Assembly (NCBI GenBank): GCA_005889345.1
Contig: VBFR01000183.1
Coordinates: forward strand, 1,315 to 65,314
Direction: 5' to 3'
DNA from: Chloroflexota bacterium
GTDB taxonomy: Bacteria > Chloroflexota > Dormibacteria > CF-121
DNA: 64,000 bases
A program made the translations under genes and the position numbers. Shown here piece after piece: positions 55,959 to 64,000 of this stretch. The notes beneath the pieces are model-generated. The model saw only the letters and a list, made by a program, of their open reading frames with translations. It ran no database searches and was not told where the DNA came from. The stretch's first letter is position 1; each line of letters begins with the position of its first letter.

Positions 55959-55990
55959 CCTTCCCAGCTTGCCGGGGAGGGCAGGGGCTC
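55959..55990 (+). repeat. REP-like repeat, degenerate copy
   Basis: CCTTCCCAGCTTGCCGGGGAGGGCAGGGG. Confidence 0.5.
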
Positions 55991-56023
55991 CGACAGACAG
56001 CTGTCAAAACGGCCTGCTTGACT
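55991..56023 (+). promoter_or_regulatory. Regulated promoter with 23-bp motif, copy 2 (upstream of rmuC)
   Basis: CGACAGACAGCTGTCAAAACGGC identical to copy 1; TGTCAA-N10-TTGACT. Confidence 0.7.
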
Positions 56024-56088
56024 TTGGGAGTGAGCCAAACCACCATTGACACGACCAACCGTCCTTTTCACGTCCTGAAGGAGTCCAA

Positions 56089-57192
56089 GTGAGCGTCCTC
56101 GAACTGGTCCTCGCGGTGCTACTGGTCGCCACCCTGATCTGCCTTGTCGGCCTGCTCCTCCGGCGGCCGGCCGCGACCGCTCCCTCTGACGCGGTGCTGG
56201 CGGCGCTCACCGATCTGGGCGCCCTCAGGTCACACGTCGAAACCGTCAGCAATCAGCAGAGTGCACTGAGTCAGTCGCTCAGCATGGTGCAGACGGCGGT
56301 TCAGGGCGTTGAGACCAAAGTGCTCGAAAGCTCGGCGGGCGTCCGCGATGCGATCGGGAAAGACCTGTCCGACGCACGCGTCGCCATGGAACGTTTGAAG
56401 GCCGACGCTGAAGAGCGCCGCCGCATGGAAGAGGACGTGCAGGCCTCAGCGCGCCGGATCGAGACCGTCCTGCTCGGCAGCCGCACACGTGGTGCGGCCG
56501 GCGAGAACATCCTTCAGGACGCGTTCCGCCAGTTTCCCGCTGAGATGATCGACATGAACTTCCGGGTCAACGGCAAGGTCGTTGAGTACGCGCTGGTCCT
56601 GGCCAACGGCAAACGGCTGCCGATCGATAGCAAGTGGCCATCCCCGGAATTGCTCGACCGGCTCAGCGACGGCTTGCAGGAGCCGGGCAAAGAGACGACG
56701 CTCGTCCAGGAGATCGAGCGAGTCCTGCGGCTGAAGGTGCGGGAGGTCAAGCAGTACATCGATCCGGCGGCGACGCTCGGCTTCGCCGTGGCCGCCGTTC
56801 CCGACCCGGTCTTCAACGCCTGCCGTCGCGCCCACCTCGAGGCCTATCGCGAAGGGGTGATCCTGATGCCCTACAGCATGACCATCCCCTACGTGCTGGC
56901 CCTCTTTCGCCTGCACCTGCAGTACGCGAAGTCCATCGACATCGAAAACCTCGAGGGCTACTTGCAGCAAATCGACGATAACGTCGCCGCGCTCGATCGC
57001 CTGCTCGAGAACAGCATTGCGCGTGGCAGCACCATGATCCAGAACGCCTTCACCGACGCTAAGCGCAACCTGGGACAGATGCGGGGTGCGCTGGCCGCCA
57101 TGCGCGCGGTGCCGCAGGCGGCCTTGGGCCAGGAGCCGGACATCGACCAGGTCGACGAGCCCGACCTCCAGTTGCTGATCTCCCGCCGCTAA
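56089..57192 (+). CDS. rmuC: DNA recombination protein RmuC
   Basis: N-terminal TM and coiled coil; RGAAGE..L, IDSKWP, KQYI.P..T..FA. Confidence 0.85.
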   Translation: MSVLELVLAVLLVATLICLVGLLLRRPAATAPSDAVLAALTDLGALRSHVETVSNQQSALSQSLSMVQTAVQGVETKVLESSAGVRDAIGKDLSDARVAMERLKADAEERRRMEEDVQASARRIETVLLGSRTRGAAGENILQDAFRQFPAEMIDMNFRVNGKVVEYALVLANGKRLPIDSKWPSPELLDRLSDGLQEPGKETTLVQEIERVLRLKVREVKQYIDPAATLGFAVAAVPDPVFNACRRAHLEAYREGVILMPYSMTIPYVLALFRLHLQYAKSIDIENLEGYLQQIDDNVAALDRLLENSIARGSTMIQNAFTDAKRNLGQMRGALAAMRAVPQAALGQEPDIDQVDEPDLQLLISRR

Positions 57193-57193
57193 T

Positions 57194-57694
57194 TTAAGTG
57201 AGGCCCGGTGTGCGCGCGAGGCGCATGACGAGCACGAGGAGGAGAAGGAAGCCGCCGCCGACGAGCATCATCAGGGTGCTCGGGTGGGTCCCCGTGTCGT
57301 CGATCACGAGCTGGTCACTCGCCGTTGCGGTACCGGCTTCGTTCGTGACGGCGACCAGGTAGGAACCCTGCGCCAGGTTCTCGGGCAGCTTCATGAGCAG
57401 GTGATTGGCATCGGGTACCTGAATGGTGGTTGCCGGACGTCCGCCGACTTGCACGGTGGTCGTTGGGGTCAGGTGCTGGCCGAGGATCATGATGTTGGGC
57501 AGTACGGTCGGGTTGACCTTGACCGGGTTCAGCTGGTAAATCTGCGGCGCAAGGCTGACCGGTGCGGGTCGGGGCGCCGCCGGTTTCGGTGTTGGAGTCG
57601 GGCGCTTGGTAGCGGCATAGGCCGGCAGACTGGTCAAGGCAAGCGCCACCAAGCTCGCCAGACCACCCGCCGCCAGGCGCCGCGCTGCTGTCAT
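57194..57694 (-). CDS. Exported IPT/TIG domain protein with C-terminal TM
   Basis: Signal peptide; I.G.HL, VQVGG, GSY.V.VTN..G. Confidence 0.7.
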   Translation of the reverse strand: MTAARRLAAGGLASLVALALTSLPAYAATKRPTPTPKPAAPRPAPVSLAPQIYQLNPVKVNPTVLPNIMILGQHLTPTTTVQVGGRPATTIQVPDANHLLMKLPENLAQGSYLVAVTNEAGTATASDQLVIDDTGTHPSTLMMLVGGGFLLLLVLVMRLARTPGLT

Positions 57695-57797
57695 GAAGTT
57701 CCTCTATCAGAAGTAAACGTCCGCCACCGTCTGGACGTCTACCGAATTGGGCCATTCGCGCTACGCAGACGGACGTAGCTGTAACCCGCAGCGCAAC

Positions 57798-57830
57798 AAA
57801 AAAGCCCCTGCCCTTAAGGGGGCAGGGGCT
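57798..57830 (-). terminator. Intrinsic terminator of the histone-like gene
   Basis: Minus strand AGCCCCTGCCC-N6-GGGCAGGGGC-TTTTTT. Confidence 0.85.
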
Positions 57831-57844
57831 GGCGATCGACTCGT

Positions 57845-58327
57845 CTAGCGGTTTCCGCCTCCCGGCCAGGTCTGCTCCGGGGGACGCTCGCCGATCTTGA
57901 TGCGCTCGGCCCCGCCCGAGGAGCCGGACTCGGATTCGCTACCCATTCCGGACTCGCTGCCGAATCCACCGAACGACGGCATGCTCGGCGGCTCAGCCGG
58001 CCGTGCCACCGGACGCGTCCCGAACGTGGTGGACGGCTTGGGGGCCGCCGGAGCTGCGGGGCGGGGCGCCGGGGTCGCCGCGCGAACGGCGGGCTTGGGG
58101 GCGGCTTTCGGCGCAGCTGCCTTGGCGGGTGCGGTCTTCCGCTTGGCCGGGGCGCTTCGCTTCGCCGTCGCGCGCTTGGCGGTCGTCTTCTTGGTAGCTG
58201 ACCGCTTCGCCGTGCTCTTCTTTGCCGTGCTGCGCTTGGCCGTCGCCTTCTTGCCGCCGGCCCGCTTGGCCGTCGATCGCCTGGCGGTCGACTTCTTCTT
58301 AGTCGAGGATTTCTTCTTCGCTGGCAT
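57845..58327 (-). CDS. Histone H1-like Lys/Ala/Arg-rich nucleoid protein
   Basis: RBS GAGGGAGGA; KKSTAKRS-type repeats; PAKA/PAAP linker; acidic/Ser tail. Confidence 0.75.
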   Translation of the reverse strand: MPAKKKSSTKKKSTARRSTAKRAGGKKATAKRSTAKKSTAKRSATKKTTAKRATAKRSAPAKRKTAPAKAAAPKAAPKPAVRAATPAPRPAAPAAPKPSTTFGTRPVARPAEPPSMPSFGGFGSESGMGSESESGSSGGAERIKIGERPPEQTWPGGGNR

Positions 58328-58455
58328 TTTTCCTCCCTCGGATGCGTGACGCAGAGTTCGCGCCTGGTTCATGCGGATGAGGACCCGCTGCTGTTACCTG
58401 CGATTTATAGCATCGGCTCTCCCCAAAGACAAGCACTTCCCCGCGTGGCACATCA

Positions 58456-58663
58456 CTAGCCGATGACGCTCCTGGTGCCGCAGCAACCTCGCCGCCCAAT
58501 CGCCGGTCGGCTCCACGCTGCACCGCGCTCACACAGCAACCTGACGAGCGAGTCCCGAAAGGGGCCTCGAGACTGATGCGCGATTCCGACTCAACCCGCG
58601 CAGAGGTTGTGGAGCGGGAGACCACGCTGCGTGCTCGTCCACCACCCAGAGATACGTCGGTAG
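58456..58663 (+). ncRNA. Candidate ~210-nt structured ncRNA (6S/Ms1-like rod or novel)
   Basis: Five nested stems, two GNRA-capped hairpins and a 7-bp cross-pairing; no convincing ORF. Confidence 0.55.
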
Positions 58664-58703
58664 CCGGCGCGCAGCGCTTCCCGGGTCAGCCAGCCTCGCT
58701 CCA

Positions 58704-59492
58704 TCAGCGTGTGCTCAGCCAGTCCAACACCGTGGTGAAGAGGGCGTCATGCTCGAGATCGACGGTGATCGCATGGCCGGAGCGCTCGAACCAGACGAGC
58801 TGCTTGTCGGTCGATGCGATCGTGTCCATGATGTGGGGCGCGTTTGCGACATCGACCGTTCGGTCGCGGCGGCCGTGAGTGATGAGCGCCGGAGCCGTGA
58901 TCCGCGGCAGTTCGTGGTCGACGACTCGCAGCAGCCGCATCAGGCTTTCGATGCAGACACTCGGCCGGCGGGCGTAACTATGCAGCAGACGCACGGCGCT
59001 CGGATCGCCCAGGTCGACGTCATCGCCCGGCACATGCCAGCGCGCCACGTACTTGAGCCCGCGAATCACCCTGATGCGCCAGTCGCGGAAGTAGACCGGC
59101 GAGCTCATCGCGCCCATGGTGAAGATGCCGCGGACTTCCGGATGGGTGGCCGCCAGGTGGAGCGCCAGCGTCCCGCCCAGGGACTGGCCGCCGACGAACA
59201 CGTCGGGGCAGTCACGCGCCAGCTCCGCGAGGGCATCTTCGGCGGAGCGCACCCAGTCCGGCCAGCGGGTGGTGGCCATGGCCTCGGGCGTCAACCCGTG
59301 CCCGGCGAGTAACGGTCCCATGACGTCGTAGCCGCGGGCGGCCAGGAACTGTCCCATGCCGCGCATCTCCGGCGGAGTCCCGGCAAAGCCGTGGATCAGC
59401 AGGATGCCGCGCGTCCCGCCGCGAAACCGAAAGGGCCGGAGTTGCGCCGGCTCAGCGGGGCTGCTCCAGACGGATTTCGTGCCGACCGCCAT
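58704..59492 (-). CDS. Carboxylesterase / monoacylglycerol lipase-like alpha/beta hydrolase
   Basis: LIHGFAGTP, LAGHG, GQSLGG, D.TV, SGH. Confidence 0.9.
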   Translation of the reverse strand: MAVGTKSVWSSPAEPAQLRPFRFRGGTRGILLIHGFAGTPPEMRGMGQFLAARGYDVMGPLLAGHGLTPEAMATTRWPDWVRSAEDALAELARDCPDVFVGGQSLGGTLALHLAATHPEVRGIFTMGAMSSPVYFRDWRIRVIRGLKYVARWHVPGDDVDLGDPSAVRLLHSYARRPSVCIESLMRLLRVVDHELPRITAPALITHGRRDRTVDVANAPHIMDTIASTDKQLVWFERSGHAITVDLEHDALFTTVLDWLSTR

Positions 59493-59610
59493 CAAGTTCG
59501 CAGTGTATCGGCCCGCAAGTTCGCGCCGCCGCGTCCGGTTATACAGGCCGGGCGAGGACTCGTCCGTCGGTGCGAAACCACTGACCGAAGCTGGGGGTGA
59601 ACAGGGCGCA

Positions 59611-59931
59611 ATGGCGATCGTCGGGTGGCTCGTGGCGCTGGCGCTGGGTATCGTGCTTGCGCTCTTTTCCGTGGGAAACCAGCAGCCGGCCGTCATCAAT
59701 GTTCTCGGCGCCACCTACCAGGACATCCCCACCTGGGTGGTGATGCTCGCCTGCGCAGCCATCGGCGCGCTGATGGTGCTTGTCATCAGCCTGGTCGATC
59801 GGGTGCGCTGGTTCATGGCCAGCCGCTTCACCAAGAAAGTTCTGCTCGAGCACAAGAAGATGATCATCCAGCGCGACAACCGGATCAGCGAGCTCGAGCA
59901 AGAAGTGCTTCGGCTCCGCGGAGCTGCCTGA
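59611..59931 (+). CDS. LapA-like membrane protein
   Basis: Two TMs with F...NQQP..IN, then coiled coil. Confidence 0.7.
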   Translation: MAIVGWLVALALGIVLALFSVGNQQPAVINVLGATYQDIPTWVVMLACAAIGALMVLVISLVDRVRWFMASRFTKKVLLEHKKMIIQRDNRISELEQEVLRLRGAA

Positions 59932-59938
59932 GGCGAGG

Positions 59939-60358
59939 ATGACCCTCAAGGCCTGCCCGCAGTGCGGGTACCGCTATAACGCGCCCGAGAACCAGACGTG
60001 CGGGAAGTGCAAGGGCTGGCTCGGCGGTCCGGTGGCGGCCACCGCCGCCGTTGCGCAGCCGCGGCGTTCTCTGATCCCGCGGACACTACCCGAGTTTGCC
60101 TGCTACCTCCCGGTACCCATCGGGGCGCTGCTGGGCTTCCCCAACCCAATCGGCGCGGTCTTCGGCTTGCTGATGTCCGCGCTGCTGATCAAGGTCGTTC
60201 GCCTCGACATGGAGCGCTTCTCTAAGGGCCTGCTCATCGGCATCGTTATCGCGGGCGTCTTCTTCGTCTACTTGATCTTTCTGCTGATCTTCAGCATCCT
60301 GTTCAATCTGCTTGAACCCGTCCTTCAGCCACTGGTAGGGCGAAGCTTCAAGCAGTAG
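59939..60358 (+). CDS. Zn-ribbon membrane protein
   Basis: CPQCG...CGKC, then TM helices. Confidence 0.7.
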   Translation: MTLKACPQCGYRYNAPENQTCGKCKGWLGGPVAATAAVAQPRRSLIPRTLPEFACYLPVPIGALLGFPNPIGAVFGLLMSALLIKVVRLDMERFSKGLLIGIVIAGVFFVYLIFLLIFSILFNLLEPVLQPLVGRSFKQ

Positions 60359-60370
60359 CGGGCGGCCGCG

Positions 60371-61645
60371 GTGCGGTCCCTTCGCCGGCTGGCCCGTCCT
60401 GCGTTGCTCCTGTTGCTGGTGGTTGCCGCGCTGCCGGCGACGCTCGGCCCAGGTTCGGGGCGTCCAACGGCCCAGGTCGCCCCGCCGACGCCGTCGGCCC
60501 GGTCGTCGGCTACCCCGGCCCCCCCGCCGAGTCCTGCTGCCCTGCCGGCCCCCACACCAGATTCGCGCCCGCCGCTCTTGACCCTCGACATGGCCGTCGG
60601 CCAGATGATGGCGGCGAGCTTCGCGGGACCGAGCGTCACCGAGGGCCTGCGCCGCCTCATCATCGATCAGAAGGTCGGCACGGTGCTGATCTTCGGCGAC
60701 AACTTCACCGACGCGGCGAGCCTGCGTCGGCTGACGGCGGAATTGCAGCGACTGGGTCGGGAAGCCGGCCTGCCGGCGCCACTCCTCGTCGCCGTCGACG
60801 AAGAGGGTGGCAGGGTGATGCGGATTCATGACGGTGTAACCGCCCTGCCTTCGGAGCTTGAGCTCGGTGCCCGCGGCGCGCAAGCCGTGAGGCAGGCAGT
60901 GGCCGACAATGCGTCGGGCCTTCACGCGTTGGGCATCCAGCTCAACCTGGCGCCGGTTGCGGACCTACGCTCAAACCCCGCCGACGCCGTCATCGGCGAC
61001 CGCTCGTTTGGCGGCGATCCCGCCGCGGTCGGCCCGCTGGTGGCAGCCGCGGTCGACGGCCTCCACGATGGAGGCGTCGCGGCAACCTTGAAACACTTTC
61101 CGGGCCTGGGTGGGGCCGCCGGTGACCCGCACAGCGTGATGCCGACGGATCCCGAGAGCCTCGATCGTTGGATCGCGACCCAGGCGCGCAGTTTTCAGGC
61201 GGGCATCGATGCGGGCGCCGATGCCGTGATGACCACCGCCGTTGTCGTGCCCGGCCTCGACCCCAGCGGGACGCCGGCGCTCTTTTCCAGAGCGGTCGTC
61301 ACCGGCCTCTTGCGCGAGCGCCTGCAGTTCCAGGGCGTGATCGTGACGGACGGCCTCGGCATGGGCGGGATCACCATGCTGTACGGCCTTCCGGACGCGA
61401 CCATCGCCGCGGTGCGCGCCGGCAACGACCTCGTGCTGCTCAACAGCGCCGACGCCGGCTACCAGGCATCGGCGATCGACGCGGTCAAGCAGCAGGTGCG
61501 CGCGGGGGCAATCCCGATGGACCAGGTGCAGGCCTCAGCCGCGCGGGTGATTGCCCTGCGCGCCCGCTGGCCGGTCTGGGCGCCATCTCTGATGGATCTG
61601 GCGGCGGCGCCGCCGACCTTCGAGCTCGCCCTAAGCCGTCGCTGA
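60371..61645 (+). CDS. GH3 beta-N-acetylhexosaminidase (NagZ-like), exported
   Basis: DEEGGRV.R, APVAD, RSF, KHFPGLG....DPH, VTDGLGM. Confidence 0.9.
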   Translation: MRSLRRLARPALLLLLVVAALPATLGPGSGRPTAQVAPPTPSARSSATPAPPPSPAALPAPTPDSRPPLLTLDMAVGQMMAASFAGPSVTEGLRRLIIDQKVGTVLIFGDNFTDAASLRRLTAELQRLGREAGLPAPLLVAVDEEGGRVMRIHDGVTALPSELELGARGAQAVRQAVADNASGLHALGIQLNLAPVADLRSNPADAVIGDRSFGGDPAAVGPLVAAAVDGLHDGGVAATLKHFPGLGGAAGDPHSVMPTDPESLDRWIATQARSFQAGIDAGADAVMTTAVVVPGLDPSGTPALFSRAVVTGLLRERLQFQGVIVTDGLGMGGITMLYGLPDATIAAVRAGNDLVLLNSADAGYQASAIDAVKQQVRAGAIPMDQVQASAARVIALRARWPVWAPSLMDLAAAPPTFELALSRR

Positions 61646-62494
61646 GCGGGCTCCCACTTCCTGCCCAGGGCGCACCAGCCAGTTGAGCGCGTTCACGTAG
61701 GCATTGGCCGCCGCCTCGATGACGTCGAGGGCCATGGCGCGCCCGATGACAACGTGCGACCCCTGGCTCAGTGTCACGACCGCCTCCCCAAGGGCGTCGC
61801 TGCCCTGGGTCGCTGCCGCCAGGCTGAAGTCTTCGAGCTCGGCCTCCACGCCGGTCACGGACTGGATGGCGCGGAAGACGGCGTCGAGCGTGCCGTTTCC
61901 GCTGGCGGTTCCGGTCGTGCTGTTTCCGTCGTCGATGATCGATACCTCGGCACTGCTCGAGAGACCGCTCTGGGAATGCACCTGCACCTCCTTGAGCGCA
62001 TACCGTCCCGGCGTGGCGCGCCCGAGGGCCTCATCGACCGCCAGCTTCAGATCCTCGGCGTACAGAACACGTTTGCGCTCGGCGAGGCTCATCACGAGCG
62101 AGTACACGGATCCGAGTTGCTGTTCCTCCAGCTGGATGCCCATCGCCCCCAACTCCTCGGCCAGCCGCCGCCGGCCCGCCGCGGTACCGACCTGCCCATG
62201 TTGCGGGGCGTAGCCAATGTCTTCGGGATCGATGAACGCGGGAACCACCGACTTCGGGCGGCGCGGAGGACTGAAGACGGACGTGGGGAAGGCCGCGCGC
62301 ACTTCTTCGATCCAGCGTTCCCACCCGGAATAATCCATGGTGGCGAGCATGGCAACATAAGCGTCGAACCGAACCAGCAGCGCTGCGGGCTGGTCGTGAT
62401 GCTTGATGATCAGCGTGGTGCCGCTTTCCTCCAGTGCCTGAAGAATGGGATCGAGGTTGCGGGCGAGTTCGGGAGCCGAAATGACTTTGAGCAC
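61631..62494 (-). CDS. Phd/YefM-like N-terminal domain fused to the LeuA (2-isopropylmalate synthase) C-terminal regulatory region
   Basis: KVISAPELARNL..IL..L......IIKHHDQPAALLV; GNGTLDAVFRAI, TQGSDALGEA, DVIEAAANAYVNALN; leaderless TACGAT-N6-GTG. Confidence 0.75.
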   Translation of the reverse strand: MLKVISAPELARNLDPILQALEESGTTLIIKHHDQPAALLVRFDAYVAMLATMDYSGWERWIEEVRAAFPTSVFSPPRRPKSVVPAFIDPEDIGYAPQHGQVGTAAGRRRLAEELGAMGIQLEEQQLGSVYSLVMSLAERKRVLYAEDLKLAVDEALGRATPGRYALKEVQVHSQSGLSSSAEVSIIDDGNSTTGTASGNGTLDAVFRAIQSVTGVEAELEDFSLAAATQGSDALGEAVVTLSQGSHVVIGRAMALDVIEAAANAYVNALNWLVRPGQEVGARSATA

Positions 62495-62524
62495 GACGCC
62501 ATCGTAGACTGGCATTTCGCGCGG

Positions 62525-63700
62525 GTCAAACATCATCGCTGGTGGTTTCCGCTGGTCGCCCTGCTGGCGCTGGCCGCGTGCCAGCAGGTCCCCACGCGAT
62601 CTCCAACGCCGAGCGCGACCGCTCGCGTCACCCCCTCGAGCATTGCCGCCTGTCCGGCTACACCAGCAGCGCCGGGCCAGCAGGTTTTGCTTCAAAGTTT
62701 GCCCGCGCCCGATGACCTCGCGTTCGACAACGCTGGCCGTCTCCTTTTCAGCGACATCAAAGCCGGAACCGTCTCGGCGCTCAAGGCCGATGGCTCCGTC
62801 GAGCGTATCGCCGGTGGGATGTCCGAACCGGAAGGAATCGTGCTACAGGACGATGGGCGCATCCTCGTCGCCGAGCAGGGCCGGAACCGGGTCATCGCCA
62901 TCGATCCCCAGACGCACGCCGTCAGCCAGTGGCACGCCTTTGCGAATCGAACCGGACGCGCCGGGATCGACGGCATTGGTCCGGTGTTGCCGAGCCTAGA
63001 TGGCTCGGGTAATTTGCTTTCGACCGGTGGCAACGTGATCGTGCCGGACAGCCCAAACGGCGTTGTGTGGCGCGTCACCGCCGACGGCAAGACCGCGACG
63101 CAGATCGCGAGCGGCATGGTGCGCCCAGTCGGGGCCGCGATTGATAAGAACGGGCGGATCTTCGTTGCCGATGAGGGCGGCGCGCTCTGGGTGCTCGATC
63201 CGGCACGGCGTCGCTTCGCGACCTTGCCAACGCCCGATGATGTCCTTGTCAGCCGGGCCGGTCATATCTTCGTCAATACGCTGGGCGACAACGCAATCCA
63301 CGAGCTCGACGCCCAGGGTCATCAAGTCAGTGTCATCACCGGAATCCAGCAGCCACAGGGCATCGCGCTCGATTACGCCGACAACCTGTACTACACCGAG
63401 TTCAACGCGGGTCGCATCGACCGCGTGGTCCGGACTTTCGTGCTCGATCCGCCGAAGGTGACGCGGACGACCCGCGGCACATTCATCATCTGTCCCGCTA
63501 TCCGTCGAGCCGCTGGATTCAATCGGCCACTCGGCCTTCTCGGCGGCTCGAGCGCAAAGACAGCGATTCTCCAGTTGCTGCAGCCGGGGACCGATTCATC
63601 AGGAGCGCTTGAAGTGCAGACGCCGGAGACCTCGATCGGCATCACGGTTAGCGATGGTGGGCTCTTGTCGCAGTCGCAGACCGTTGCACTTTCGCCCTGA
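62525..63700 (+). CDS. NHL/SMP-30-like beta-propeller lipoprotein; start uncertain (non-canonical)
   Basis: Lipobox LAAC; repeats PDDLAFD..GRL, PEGI, PQGIALD..DNLY. Confidence 0.75.
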   Translation, partial: VKHHRWWFPLVALLALAACQQVPTRSPTPSATARVTPSSIAACPATPAAPGQQVLLQSLPAPDDLAFDNAGRLLFSDIKAGTVSALKADGSVERIAGGMSEPEGIVLQDDGRILVAEQGRNRVIAIDPQTHAVSQWHAFANRTGRAGIDGIGPVLPSLDGSGNLLSTGGNVIVPDSPNGVVWRVTADGKTATQIASGMVRPVGAAIDKNGRIFVADEGGALWVLDPARRRFATLPTPDDVLVSRAGHIFVNTLGDNAIHELDAQGHQVSVITGIQQPQGIALDYADNLYYTEFNAGRIDRVVRTFVLDPPKVTRTTRGTFIICPAIRRAAGFNRPLGLLGGSSAKTAILQLLQPGTDSSGALEVQTPETSIGITVSDGGLLSQSQTVALSP

Positions 63701-64000
63701 TCATTCCGTGCCCTTGATCGACGCCAGGGGCACGAGCTCGTGCTCGATCGTTGCCAGGCCCGCGCGGGTGACCGCCTCGACCACCTCGCGGGACGATTTG
63801 TAGGCGTCCTTCGATTCGTCGATGGGGACGATGCCGTCGGTGTTCACCACGATGCCCGCCTCGCGGTAGGCGGCATTCACCTCGTCCTGCTTGAGGCCCT
63901 TCCGGGCCGCATTGCGCGACATCCGGCGGCCGGATCCGTGGTTGACGCTGTAGCCGCTCAGATGCGCGTGTTCGGCCGCCCGGAGGATGAAGCTCGAGTC
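63701..64000 (-). CDS. rtcB: RtcB family RNA ligase, C-terminal part (5' end outside window)
   Basis: YSVNHGSGRRMSR..A, DES..AYK...V, L.P.ASIKG. Confidence 0.85.
   Translation of the reverse strand, partial: DSSFILRAAEHAHLSGYSVNHGSGRRMSRNAARKGLKQDEVNAAYREAGIVVNTDGIVPIDESKDAYKSSREVVEAVTRAGLATIEHELVPLASIKGTE

Noticed and set aside
58541..58573. Hammerhead ribozyme (CTGACGAG...GAGAC)
   Set aside because: The required GAAA after stem II reads GAGA, and stems I and III could not be built
58610..58643. tRNA or tmRNA 3' end (TCCACCA)
   Set aside because: No T-arm (GTTCRA) or matching acceptor stem
61631..62695. leuA gene or type II toxin-antitoxin pair
   Set aside because: No catalytic domain and no adjacent toxin gene
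1..64000. Prophage, IS element, rRNA or tRNA genes
   Set aside because: No integrase, transposase, phage structural gene or stable-RNA signature recognised by eye; tRNAscan-SE or Infernal would be needed to exclude them fully

Overview
High-GC bacterial chromosomal window, densely coding, with about 65 genes. Gene content and many apparently leaderless genes suggest a monoderm soil lineage such as Dormibacterota, Chloroflexota or Actinomycetota; this is inference only. No rRNA, tRNA, CRISPR array, transposase or prophage was recognised. Housekeeping genes include pdhA-pdhB-pdhC, a queF homologue, rmuC, an MshC/CysRS-like ligase, a partial rtcB, a NagZ-like GH3 and a DacA-like peptidase. Highlights: (1) an unannotated SelW/Rdx selenoprotein with in-frame UGA and a SECIS-like hairpin; (2) a WYL regulator divergent from an Mre11/Rad50-like pair, with an identical 23-bp promoter motif ahead of two flanking genes in a PafBC-like geometry; (3) a Phd/YefM-type DNA-binding domain fused to the LeuA leucine-binding regulatory region; (4) a subtilisin with a (VSWDx)6 tail beside two paralogous membrane domains, one fused to GGDEF; (5) a membrane protein with a duplicated PmoC/AmoC-like D-x3-H-x12/13-H motif coupled to a YtkA-like gene; (6) two candidate structured ncRNAs; (7) a composite REP-like repeat, one copy in frame inside a gene; (8) several apparent pseudoenzymes and CTG start codons. 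All family assignments come from reading motifs by eye, not from database searches.
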